From Octopus sinensis (Eukaryota), in assembly GCF_006345805.1 (NCBI RefSeq), contig NC_043004.1, positions 29,574,001 through 29,638,000 of the forward strand: a stretch of DNA of 64,000 nt, read 5' to 3'. Position 1 is the first letter of the stretch. Each line of letters opens with the position of its first letter. The position numbers and the translations under genes are program-made. The notes under the pieces were generated by a model that was not told the DNA's origin, did not search any database, and was given only the letters and a program-made list of their open reading frames with translations. Shown here piece after piece: positions 13,290 to 24,521 of the stretch.

Positions 13290-13560
13290 AGGATCGCATT
13301 TTTTAATAGTGTGTCCAGGGCTCCATTATAGAAAAAAAAAGTGGGGCTGGATATGGCTGCTATATCTAGCAAACTGAACAACCATATTGTTACCCACCTA
13401 CACTCGTCTGGGATTTGCTGCACATCAGGAGCATAAGTTTCCAGGTCCAATATCAATAGAGTGGTCATGGTTGGAAATCAGAGCCAATTGATGACAGTAA
13501 AGGGAAAACAGTGGGTGATAGCTACAAACGCTTGTACAGCCTTATTTACTAACTTACATG
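13290..13560 (+). mobile_element. Possible RNase H remnant of a non-LTR retrotransposon
   Basis: QGSIIEKKSGAGYGCYI resembles the (T)DGS...GAGxGxY first RNase H motif, and KQWVIATNACTAL resembles VVIxTDSxSAL. Stops and frameshifts lie between them. Confidence 0.35.
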
Positions 13561-14747
13561 TTTCTAATATAGACCAAGGATTTCGTGAGATGATGTTTTC
13601 GGTTAAAACATTTCCAGTACTTGACGGGTACTTTATTTTGTCGACCTTGAAAGGATAAAAAGTAAAGTAGACCCTGGCTGAATTTGATCTCAGATCGTAA
13701 AGAGCTGGAAAGAATACTGCAGGGCATTTTGTGTGATGCTCTAACGATTCTGCTAATCCATCGGATCCATCATGATGGCTGATGACAAAGTAAACTTTTA
13801 TCTGGTCTTTTGTCCTTTCATTCTCCAAATAAAAAAGATATTTTACTCCATTTCTCAATAATATTCCAATTATTTTTCTACATGAACCTACTTGAAACTG
13901 TGACACCCTGATGGTAAAGACAACCCAAAGTTAAACGACGGGGCAACAATTTCTATTGGTGAGGTCTTTGAATTCCAGAAGCAAGATAATATAATTTGAT
14001 TTAAAAATTATGGATAAAAATTTTCACATTTGAAATGAAAAGACCATTTCAAATGGAAAATATTCTCTGTTGCAGACTTTAAAACTTTGGCTGATACTTA
14101 ACAAATTCCACAAAGAACGAGAACCAAAAAGAGTGAATAACACAAGATAGAAAGTGAAATGAGAATCTAGCAGATATATTGCAATTGTTCTGTGGTATAC
14201 CAATGCCTATCCAGTCAGTATCTACTGCTGCTGTTATTAGTGGGAATGCGGCACGTAGGCGTTCGGTCTGGCTTGTTATTATCTTCACAACCTCGTGAAA
14301 CATCACCGTTTTTTTTTCTCTCTGATGAACGGGGCTTCACTGACCTTTTTCCGAATAACTGGAAACTTGAAATGAATGCTTACATTCAGTTTTAGAGTAT
14401 GTATGAATACCTATAGATAGATAGATGTGTATGTATTTATGTATAGTATATATCATGTACATATTTGTATGTATGTATGTATAGAGAGACAGAAAGTTTG
14501 GTACAAAAGATATGTTTTGTCTATTTTTAGCTCTTGGAGAAATCTGTAGGAACAGCCTAGGCTAACTTCATATTGTATGTATGTGTGTGTGTGTGTGTGT
14601 GTATAAATATACTTACATCACGTACACGCTTGCGCACGCACACAATCACATACATACGCACATTACACCAGCGCCCGTAGTTATCCTATTGAACAGAATT
14701 GAAATTATCTAGTTTGCTAAAAATTGCTATTTCTTTGGATTTGCATG

Positions 14748-15131
14748 TTTTAAACATCGGGGATTACGACTCTGCAAAAAATTTTTAAAATTTAGAATTT
14801 TTAATTTTTTCTAATTTTCACTCCCATCGCCTCTCCGAAATTTTTCAGGATCTTTTCCTGCAGAAAAAAAAAACAAAAAAAAAACGAAGAAGTTTCAAAT
14901 TCTTCTTTCCCCAATTTTGCCCCATTACGCTCCTTTCTGTACCTTTTTTCAATTTTGACTATTCCTCAATTTTTTTAATCATCGAAAATTAAGTTATGCT
15001 GAAATAGAATTTTCAGAGATTCGATTTACAGTTTCATCTGGATTTTTTACATACATAGAATGTAGGCAAAAAATTCAAATTTTGAAACAATTTTGGAGGG
15101 GAGGCAGCATCGTAGTCTTTAATGTTTAAAA
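14748..15131. mobile_element. MITE-like element, ~380 bp, with ~28-bp imperfect TIRs
   Basis: Left ttttaaacatcggggattacgactctgc versus reverse complement of right end ttttaaacattaaagactacgatgctgc. AT-rich interior. Confidence 0.6.
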
Positions 15132-15653
15132 CTAATCCAAAGAGATTATAAATTATGGCAAAGTAGATAATATACAGGAGTATGTATGTATGTATGTATA
15201 TATATATATATATATATATATACATACACACACACAGAGAAATGTAGGGATAAGCAAGTGAGACCAATATATATATATTTACTATACAAGTATTCTGTGT
15301 AAGTCAAACCTTTTTGTATGTAAACACATTTCATGTATTAATATAGTAAAACTTTAAATATTGATCTGTCTAACATTTATTTCTATACACGCTCAAGTTT
15401 AATTTTCTTGAGCACTACTATGTGTATTCTATACTGAGAATATCTGATTCTCATCTATGAACTATATATGTATATGTGTGTATATATATATATCGCTAAA
15501 GGTGTGAACTTACATTTGACCCGCTGGCTGATAACTGATGAGAATTTGATGACTTTCTGTGTCTATTTTCTGTTTATTTGTGCATTTATTACATGTTTTT
15601 TAACTTATATATGGACGTATGGATGGCCACAATATATATATGTATATACATAC

Positions 15654-15687
<34 letters not shown>

Positions 15688-15689
15688 TG

Positions 15690-15900
15690 TGTGATCTCTT
15701 GAGCACCACCAGCAAAAAAATTTTTTTCCTCTGTCTTCCCTTCTCGGGATCTTTCCTTCTCCTTTGTTTCCGACGAAGAGCTCCGCTCGAAACGTTAAAC
15801 CCTCCTTCCCTTCTTTCCTGAGCGTCAAATAATACTTTAATTGTTCCACGTCCTCGCGTTGCTGTGTTTTTTTTCTGTGTTTTCTTGTTTGGATTAACTA
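15690..15900 (+). mobile_element. PLE-like terminal repeat family A embedded in (TA)n, carrying a minimal hammerhead-like motif
   Basis: Second copy at ~41690-41880, both flanked by TA microsatellites. Motif at 15766-15800. Confidence 0.7.
15766..15800 (+). ncRNA. Minimal type I hammerhead-like motif (variant core CCGACGA)
   Basis: GTTT-CCGACGA-A-GAGC(TCC)GCTC-GAA-ACGT-T-AAAC: stem I GTTT/AAAC, stem II 4 bp, palindromic stem III ACGT. Confidence 0.6.
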
Positions 15901-15934
15901 TATACATATATAAATATATATATATATATATCAT

Positions 15935-16590
15935 CATCGTTTAACGTCCGCTTTCCAAGCTAGCATGGGTCTGTGGCCATCCATACATACAGGTGTGTCC
16001 TTTATGGCCATGACCTCACTTCCCCCAGCTGAGAGGTCTTTGTTTTGCGAGTACCAGTGCTACATGATATGCACTTGTACTGGTGCCACATTAAATCCAC
16101 TCATGCCAGTGTCACATAAAAGCACCTGTGCCAGTAACGTGGTTGGCATTAAGAAGGTCGGCAGCCAAAACCAGGCCAAAACAATTGGAGTCAAACAATC
16201 CAATCCATGACAGCATGGAAAACAGACGTTAAATGCTGCTGCTGCTGATGATGATGAATTATCATCATCTTTAAACATCCATCTTCTTCCATGTTGGTGT
16301 GGATTAAATGATTTGGCAGGATCTGACAGGTCTGAGAACTGCATCATGCTCCAGTGCTTGCTTTGACATAGTTCCTATGGTTAGATACCTTTCTTAACAC
16401 CAACCATTTTACAGTGTGTACCAGGTGCTTTCCTTCTGGCACCAGCACTAGTGAGATCGTTATACTGCTTGTAAGACTAAGGTACCTTTCAACTGAGTGA
16501 GGCTGCAGTTGAGAGGAAAGCATTTTTATGCCAGGAAGTGAGAGGGTAAAGTATGGAAGAAAGGGCCAGAACAGAATAGGTTTCTTGCTA
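15935..16590 (-). mobile_element. Two to three decayed RTE-3'UTR-type repeats in tandem
   Basis: catcatcgtttaacgtccgctttccaagctagcatggg and catcatctttaaacatccatcttcttccatg tails on the plus strand, plus a short plus-oriented tail at ~16120-16245. Confidence 0.7.
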
Positions 16591-16719
16591 TGGAAAAATT
16601 GCATAACTGCTCATAATATAGAAGTGTTGGTTTGAGTAAACAGGGTGGAACTAGAATGAGAAATTAAATAGAGATGCAGTGTCAAAGTAGACCTTCAACG
16701 TAAATAAATGTGATTGAGG

Positions 16720-17360
16720 ATCAGAACAAGAAGTGAGTAGGGTTGCAAAAGTATGTGAAAAAAAGTGAGAGATGGGGAATGAGTGAAGGGGCAAATATAA
16801 AGAACAATGACAGAAGGATGGTTGATGATAGATAGAGCGATTGAAGGTAAAGAAAAGTAGGTAATGACTTGTGATTGAGTAAGGTTGAGGGATTGATGTA
16901 ATGAATGGTAGACAAGGGTGGAGGAGTGATCAATGATGCATATGAATTGGGGGAAGGCAAGAGTTGATGACTGTCAGTACAGAAGTGTGTGAAGAGCAGC
17001 AGAATAGAAATGATAATACAGTAGACTGGCAAAGATGAGAGAGTGGGACATGATGTGTGGGTGGGCAAGCTGTATGGGGTTGTGAAGGGAGAGGCAGATG
17101 TAATATGTGAGGAGAGTGACGTGTATGGAAGTTGAGAAGGGGAATGATAGCACAGAAGTATGATCAGTGTAAAATGTGAGTGGAGAAAGATAATATTAAG
17201 AATTAAAGATGGGTGACAAGTGAAGTAGTGCCAAGAAGTTAGAAAAAATAACTGGTGTCACAGAAAAAGAATATGACAGTTATGAGGATAATTGAGAGGT
17301 CAGTGAAAGGGAGATGGGTGGTGAAGGTTTGAGGAAGAAACTGAACAAGGAGCAAGCTGT
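16720..17360 (-). repeat. Purine-rich (minus: CT/CA-rich) low-complexity tract resembling PLE 3' regions
   Basis: Same composition as the tracts following the PLE ORF remnants at 40075-40450 and 53990-54320. A similar tract lies at 51680-52030. Confidence 0.4.
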
Positions 17361-17362
17361 GT

Positions 17363-17412
17363 GAATAGACACTTAGCCACACAAATACATTTGTGTGACT
17401 AAGTGTCTATTC
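17363..17412. repeat. Near-perfect 50-bp palindrome (24-bp arms, 1 mismatch, 2-nt spacer)
   Basis: gaatagacacttagccacacaaat-ac-atttgtgtgactaagtgtctattc. Confidence 0.9.
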
Positions 17413-19559
17413 TCCTTGTCTTAACATGTGCATGCTGATTATGAGCAAAGGTCATTGATCATTCAAATGGTGTCATTTGTTTTTAATCCTCTGTGAAAGT
17501 ATGTCTAGGGTGATCACTAGCTAGCCATCATGCTCTCATACCTCTACTGTTTTTACCATGGTAAAATGCACTTTTTAAAATGATTGGTGATAGGAAGGAT
17601 AGCCAGCCATACAAATCAAGCCGACCAGTGAAATGTGAACCACAACTCATCTATGAAAGCAGCATAAACTTGTCCAACCCATGCCAGTATAACAATCAAA
17701 CATGAAACACAACAACTGTCAGTGATAAATGTCCACAGTAACATTAAAGATAATTCTAAACTATGGTATTCCTAAAAGCAAATGTCCCAACATTTAAGAA
17801 AATGTGTTTCCACTGGAGATTATGGGAGGATCTAACATTTAAAAAATTACAAAAAAACTAATTAGATTTAAGACTGCAGAAGAAATAGCGAAATTTTAAA
17901 ATTACCAAAATTATCAACTGCCATTTGTGAAAACCTTGATGACAGGTAGAAGTGAAAGAAATTTTATTTAATGCTTGTTTTGAAGTGTTAGCAAGTATAA
18001 AGCATGAAAAAATGAATATAATTTCCGGTCTTGTGACCAGAAATTTGTGGTGGGATGTTAGTTAATTAAATTACCCCCAGTATTTGACTGGTACCTTATT
18101 TATTGAACTTAAAAGGATAAAAGGCAAAGTTAACTTCAACAAAATTTAATCTCAATATGTAAAGAACTGAAACGAATGCCACAATGCTTTTTGTCCAATG
18201 CTCTAACCATTCTGCCAATTCATCATCATAATAATAATTCTATCTAATATTGGTATAAGGCTGGCAATTTTGAAAGAAAGAGGCAAGTCAGTTTCACTGA
18301 CCACAGTACTTTTCTGGCTCAGTGTAATTTTATTGATTCCAAAGTTGGCATTGGTGGGATTTGAGCTCAGAATGTAAACAGGTAGAAGAAATACCACTAA
18401 GCATTTTATCCAAATGTGCTAATAATTCTGCTAGCTTGCCATCTTAAATGGTTTCAAATTTTGGCTCAGCTCAAGGCCATCAATTTTAGGGAGAGTAAGT
18501 AAGTTGATTATATCAACCTTACTGTTCAACTGATACTCAATTTATTAAGCCCAAAAGATGAAAGGCAAAGTCAACCATGGCAGAATTTGAACTCAAGGCA
18601 TAAAGAGTCATAAAAAGTACTATTTTATATTTTATTCAGTGCTTTTACAATTCTTCCAGCTCACTACCTTCATCATCATTATGATAATAATAAGACCATC
18701 AATTGTAGCAGAAGGGAATTAATTATATTGACAAAGTGCTTGTTACTAACTAGGCACAATGCTAGAAATTTGGAAGGAAGAGGGAACTAGCTGATTAAAT
18801 TGATCCTAGTACTTATTTTATTGATCTTAGAGGGATAAAACCAAAGTTGATTTCTGTTGCAGACATTCAGACCAAGTCTTGAGTTTGAGGATAACTCAAT
18901 ATCTTCCACCACTGAATCCTTCTACTGCAGCAACAACCCAAGAGTTCTGGTTTCTCTTCCTCTTTCCCGACACTAGTCTGCACAGGATTATGGGTTCTAC
19001 CTATTTAAGCCACAAACAACAAAAACAAGATATCTTGGTTTAAAACTCCAATTTATTGGGTAACCATATAAGGAAGAAAGGAGAAGTTTACTACATTTCC
19101 TCTCTCATGTCTCGTACCCTGTAATACTCTTCATTATATGAGGAAGAGACTCACAACAACTATAGAATATAAATCCACATGAAATTTCTAACACCTCTTA
19201 AAAATGAGAACTTCTTTATAGTTGTTTACCTTGCTAGATCTCTTTTAAATTGGACCCTACTGTCTTTTGAAATGTAAGACACGTTAGATAATGTATTCCT
19301 AGAGTGACTGTATGAATAAAAGATGAGCTGGTCATTGCTATAATGCCTTTGGTATAAGCCAGCTTAATTATTGTTGACTTAGGAATTGATAAAAATTAAA
19401 ATGATGACTCTTCTTTTGAAATGTTGGTGTATTTAGCATTGACAAGAAAAGTTAATTCTACATTGGATTTGAACTCAAGAAATAGAAAATGATGACTAAA
19501 TATAGTTTGGTATTTACTGTAACACTTCCTCTCACTGTACACGCAAAAATAAATAAAAA

Positions 19560-20350
19560 TACTTTGCAGCATTATAAGAGTAATTTCATTTTCAAGGGCC
19601 TCTCCTTCAAAGAGAAAAGCAGTTTGTATGAGTCTTGTATACGAACAGCTATGCTACATAGCAGTGAAACATGGATGGTGACTACTGAGGATGTGCGAAG
19701 GCTTGAAAGAAATGAAACTAGAATGCTCCACTGGATGGGTAATGTCAGTGTGCATATACAACAGAGTGTAAGTGATTTGAGAGAAAAACTGGGTATACAA
19801 GGCATCAGTTGTAGTGTGCAAGAGAGAAGACTGCATAAGAACAGTCATGTAATGTGTATGAATGAAGACAGTTGCATCAAGAGGTGCTGATCTCTAATTT
19901 TGGAGGCAACATGTGGAAGGGGCAGATCCAGGAAGACATGGGACGAAGTGCTGAGAAAAGATCTTCAGATGTTGGGCCTCACAGAGGGCATGACAGGGGA
20001 CTGAGACTCCTGGTAGTTTGCTGTGCTTGAAAAGACATGTGAAGCTAAATAAAATTGTGGATATTCTTGAATACAGGCATGACACCTGCATCCCTCTCCA
20101 GCTGAGTGTCCTTAATCTTGTGGGCTCATGGCTGCTGGTGCCACATAAAAAGGCACCCAAACTAGTGTCACGTAAATGCACTCATGCTGGTGTTGCATTA
20201 AAGTACCCAGTACGCTCTGTAAATTTATTGGCATTAAGAAGGGTATCCAGTTATAGAAACCATGCCAAAACAGACATGGAGCCTGGGCAGCTCTTATCAA
20301 ACCATCCAACCCATTCCAGCATGGAAAAGAGACATTAAATAATGATGATG
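19560..20350 (+). mobile_element. 5'-truncated RTE LINE (ORF C-terminus plus 3'UTR and ATG tail)
   Basis: LYESCIRTAMLHSSETW...RRLERNETRMLHWMGNV...VQERRL...GRGRSRKTWDEV, continuing into the tandem-unit UTR and an aatgatgatg tail. Confidence 0.92.
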
Positions 20351-23300
20351 AGTAGTTACATTTACACTTCAAATATATTTTGTTAGTTTCTATTGAATGT
20401 AAAGATTTAGCAGTCATAATTTGGTGGAATCAACTCTTTTTAAGGCATTTTTCTTCAGTGTTTCCTGGAACAAAGCAGCCTGTTAAAACATGTCCCTCTC
20501 CAAATAACCACTAAAGGGGTGAACTTAGCACTGAGGACTACAGTTTTTCTGATGTTTATGGCAGCTAATTGTCTAAATGGACATTATAATATCCAACTTA
20601 AAAAGGAAGATGCATTTGATAATGTAACCTCAGATGCATTGTCTGCAAATGACTGGATGGTCATGACTAGAATATCTTTGTTCAGGGAAAGAGCTAAACT
20701 AAGGGAGTAGTCAACCCTTGCACAGATATAAAAGGGTGCAAAATTCTTCTGCACTATAATGCTTTTTAATAAAGGTGTAGGATGTCAAAAGTATCTTCAC
20801 TTTGCCCCCCAAGTATTGCTTATTACCTGTTGATAACTAAATGAACTGAGCAGTAGGTAGTTGTGTATTTATTACAGACCTGCATTGTACCACCAATGCA
20901 AGGATATGACCCAGCAACCTTTTACCTGGTTGGCCAGCAACTATCAACTGAGCCAGTCAGATGAAACAAATTAAAGCTAAAGCTCCAATGTTATTATAAC
21001 AGTGAAATCATTTTTACACATTCAGTGATGGAGGAATGAATAAACAAATAAATAAACATATTGAAAGTTATAAGGAATGTGAGAAACGATAATGTAGAGA
21101 TGTCTGCCATGAGGCAGTGAAGGCAAGAAATTTGATATGAAAGAAAATTTACCACTTCAGGTAGACTTTTACTATGGAAGCTCTTAAAGGACATATCAAA
21201 AAAGTTAGCTCTAAAGAGAGTCATGTAGTAAAACTTTCTTTAAATAGGTGAAATGGAATGGTGTGTGCACGCATGTGTGCAGGTGCACAGGCATGCATGC
21301 ATGTGTGTGTCCTTGTAGTTATGTCAATGATTGTCTAAAAACTGATGTTGTTGTATGTAACATGTCCCTTTATTTCTCATCAGTGATTGAACAGAGATAA
21401 ATTATCTAAGTACCAGAGTGAAATAAGAACTTGAGACAATATGACTGACAGAAGACCCCTGGAGCAGTGCTCTGGCATGGCCCAATGACTAAAAATCCCC
21501 GTAAGAAAGAGAATAAAAACATATAAAATAATTCTTGATGAATACAGATAAGAGACATTAGATATGTGACAATGTTTATGCAGTGAAAAATTGTGTGGTG
21601 GTGTCAGCAGCAGTTGTATCAGCAGTAGCAGTAGTAGTACTAGTAGTCTTTTGTCAAGTTATATTGTGCATATTGTGAAAAATAGGGCAACAAAGTGAAA
21701 ATTTGGAGCAGGCCAAAAGTAATAAGAATTGAGAAGAAAAATGTTTTTTACTATGACCCTACTGTCCTCAAAAAAGTAGGTCTCTCGTTCTTTTTGATGT
21801 CACTTTCATGAAAACGCAACTTAATCATAATTCATTAAACAACAATGAACTCTTCACTTCAAATTATGGTGTTTCTTCAACACTGGTGACAAAATGCAAT
21901 GTTGACGTTTTAGTCAGTTATGCTACATTTACTTAATATTCACTTAAGCATGAGGAAAGAATGACTAAGAAGTACTTATATAAATTCATGAAATACAAGC
22001 AAATAGGTGCTGGTATTAGATTACTAGTTTCTAAATCATGAGTTCACATCTTAGCATATCTCTGGCTAAGACTTCTGTTCCTGTTTTGGCAGGGTTTTTA
22101 CAGCTGGATGCCTTTCCTAACACCAACCACCCTGCAGAGTGGACTGAGTGTTTTTTACGTGGCACCAACAACAGCAACACCTATTTTGGCATGGATTTTA
22201 CAACTTGATGCCCTTCCAAACAGCAACCGCTTCATTGAGTGGACTGGATGCACCAACTCTGGTGAGGGTCACCAAGTAACTTGCAAGGCAAAGATCATTT
22301 GAGAGGAGGGCATTGGAGGAGGTGGTCTTATGCCAGGTGATGAGAGGTTAGAGTGTGACAGAGTGATAGAAACAGGTGACTTGCTGTAGGGGAGATACAG
22401 CAAGAGAGAGAGGGAGACCCCAGTGTATTGCTTTGTCATGGAGCTTATAATGAAGTTAAGACAGTTCTGGACTTGGAGCTAAACAATACCATACTTAATT
22501 GTATTTACTGGGGTGAAAAATAGCTCCATACACTCTGACAACAGTTACCGTTTTTGTTAACAACATTTTAACAAAACCCACTTTAATTTGACAAGCATTG
22601 AATCTACAAGACCTCTGTCACCCATCTGCTTACTTCTGCAGAAGTCAATTACTATCACCATGGAGAGTTGTTTAGAGAAAGAACTCACTTTTATTAGCTG
22701 GAGGAATTCAATGGATTTCAACATATCACCTCAAATGACTTTTATTTGTATGGCTCTAGTTTTACAGTTTAGAAATCAATGAAATATCTGCATTTGAATA
22801 TTCTACTGTAAAGAGTAATGAGAAATTTTTATGATTGTATAGTGAAAATATCATTAGATTATGTGATAAAAAATATATATATAACAATATAGCAAGTCCA
22901 ACCCATGATAGCATGAAAAAAGGGATATTAAATGATGCTGCTGCTGCTAGAGGAAAAGGAGGAGGATTTGGGTAGTGGTAGCAAGGCGAAGAAGGGTTCT
23001 TCATTGAGTTAGTTCTTAGGCATTTATACTTTATTTCAATCAGTTTGATTCTTGATCATCACCAAGTGTGTTATTCATAGATAATGCATTTTCTGTCAAG
23101 ATCTCTAGACATTAAACTTATCAAAATATAGTATCATCATCATCATTTTACATTTGTTTTTCATCCTGCAGTGGCTAGATGGATTATCACTGCCTTCCTA
23201 CACAATTCAGAGGATCACGTCTCACTCAATTCATTTTTGGCTTAATGCCCTTCTTATCATAAACCACTTTACAGAGTATACTGAAAGCATTTTGGAGTTG

Positions 23301-23702
23301 CACTAGCACAAGAGAGGTTGTCAAGCCCTTGAGAAGGGTAAAGATCTTCTTATGGGTTTTTTCTTTCTACTGAGATGCTAATCACTTTACAGAGTGCAAT
23401 AGTTGCATTTCATCATGGCACCAGCACAAAGGAGGTAGTCTTGTATGCAGTAAAATAAGAGTTCACATTAATCTGTGTTGATAATTAATGGGACTGTGTG
23501 GAAGAGGGAGAGATGGGAATGACACTGTTAGGTGAAGTAATGTAATTGCATGGTAAGGAGAGAGAGAGAGAAACACACACACTAACAGCAGCTACATGTT
23601 TACATGTAGGAGAATGTGATGGATGTTACAATTAAATTTAGATATAAATATGGTAAATAAAGATCCCTCTAGATGAAACTGATAAAAAAACATAGTGTAT
23701 AT

Positions 23703-23740
<38 letters not shown>

Positions 23741-23835
23741 TTAATGTCTGTTTTCCATGCTGGCATGATTTATTGGAGATATATGTAAAAATGATATCTA
23801 GAGGTCAAGCTGATCAAAATATAGTGTAGTATTAT

Positions 23836-24521
23836 ATAATACAAAATAAGAAAATGGAGAAATACACCTTAATCAATAATCAACTACTAGATAATACCCA
23901 TTCACATAATTTATTAACCAACTACATATGAACATCAAGGTCGAACATAATAGTACAGAACAAAACAGTGCACATCAATGAGTAATATGATACAATAAGT
24001 ACAATATGTATAAATAAACATAAATATAAACTATATCTTACAGCTGTTTCAGCCATGTAGATATGGGTATCTCATTATGCTCATATTAGCCAGGTATGAT
24101 AAGTTAATATGTTGTTATAAATGAGACACTTACAAATATATCCCAAGGCCTCTTCAGAGATTATAAAGTACAATCTAAAGAAGGTACACCCATACAAGAA
24201 TGGGTACATATACATAATATATACACATACATATAAGTGTATATACCCATGCATCTATATATACTTATCACACCTGGCTAATATGAGCATAATGAGATAC
24301 TCATATTTACATGGCGGAAACAGCTGTAAGATATAATTTATATTTATATTTATTTATACATATTGTATCATATTACTCATTGATGTGCAGTTTTGTTCTG
24401 TACTATTATGTTTGACCTTGATGTTCATATGTAGTTGGTTAATAAATTATGTGAATGGGTATTATCTGGTAGTTGATTTATTGATTAAGGTGTATTTCTC
24501 CATTTTCTTATTTTGTATTAT
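23836..24521. repeat. Long inverted repeat (arms 23836-24104 and 24263-24521, 158-bp spacer), PLE pseudo-LTR-like
   Basis: The arms are near-identical reverse complements, e.g. atacaaaataagaaaatggagaaatacaccttaatc versus gattaaggtgtatttctccattttcttattttgtat. Confidence 0.93.
24035..24161 (-). ncRNA. Type I hammerhead ribozyme motif with canonical core and extended stem II
   Basis: Minus: ATCT-CTGAAGA-GGCC-[92 nt folding into nested helices]-GGCT-GAA-ACAGCTGT-A-AGAT. Stem I ATCT/AGAT, palindromic stem III, GUA cleavage triplet. Confidence 0.75.

Noticed and set aside
13478-13906. 142-aa minus ORF with a superficially TIR-domain-like stretch (VYFVISHHD...)
   Set aside because: Its middle (~13600-13690) is a SINE S1 fragment, it has no splice context, and no conserved boxes beyond chance resemblance.
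14322-14370. CTGATGA followed by a CGG/CCG stem
   Set aside because: No GAAA in register and no stem III or stem I; a chance heptamer.
17866-17900. RFKTAEEIAKF resembling a RanBP1/PH motif
   Set aside because: An immediate stop, no polypyrimidine tract and no other domain exons.
20461-20710. 84-codon frame after a strong acceptor
   Set aside because: The 3' part overlaps a dispersed repeat word (ggatggtcatg.ct.gaat, also near 19330), and the protein is unrecognisable.
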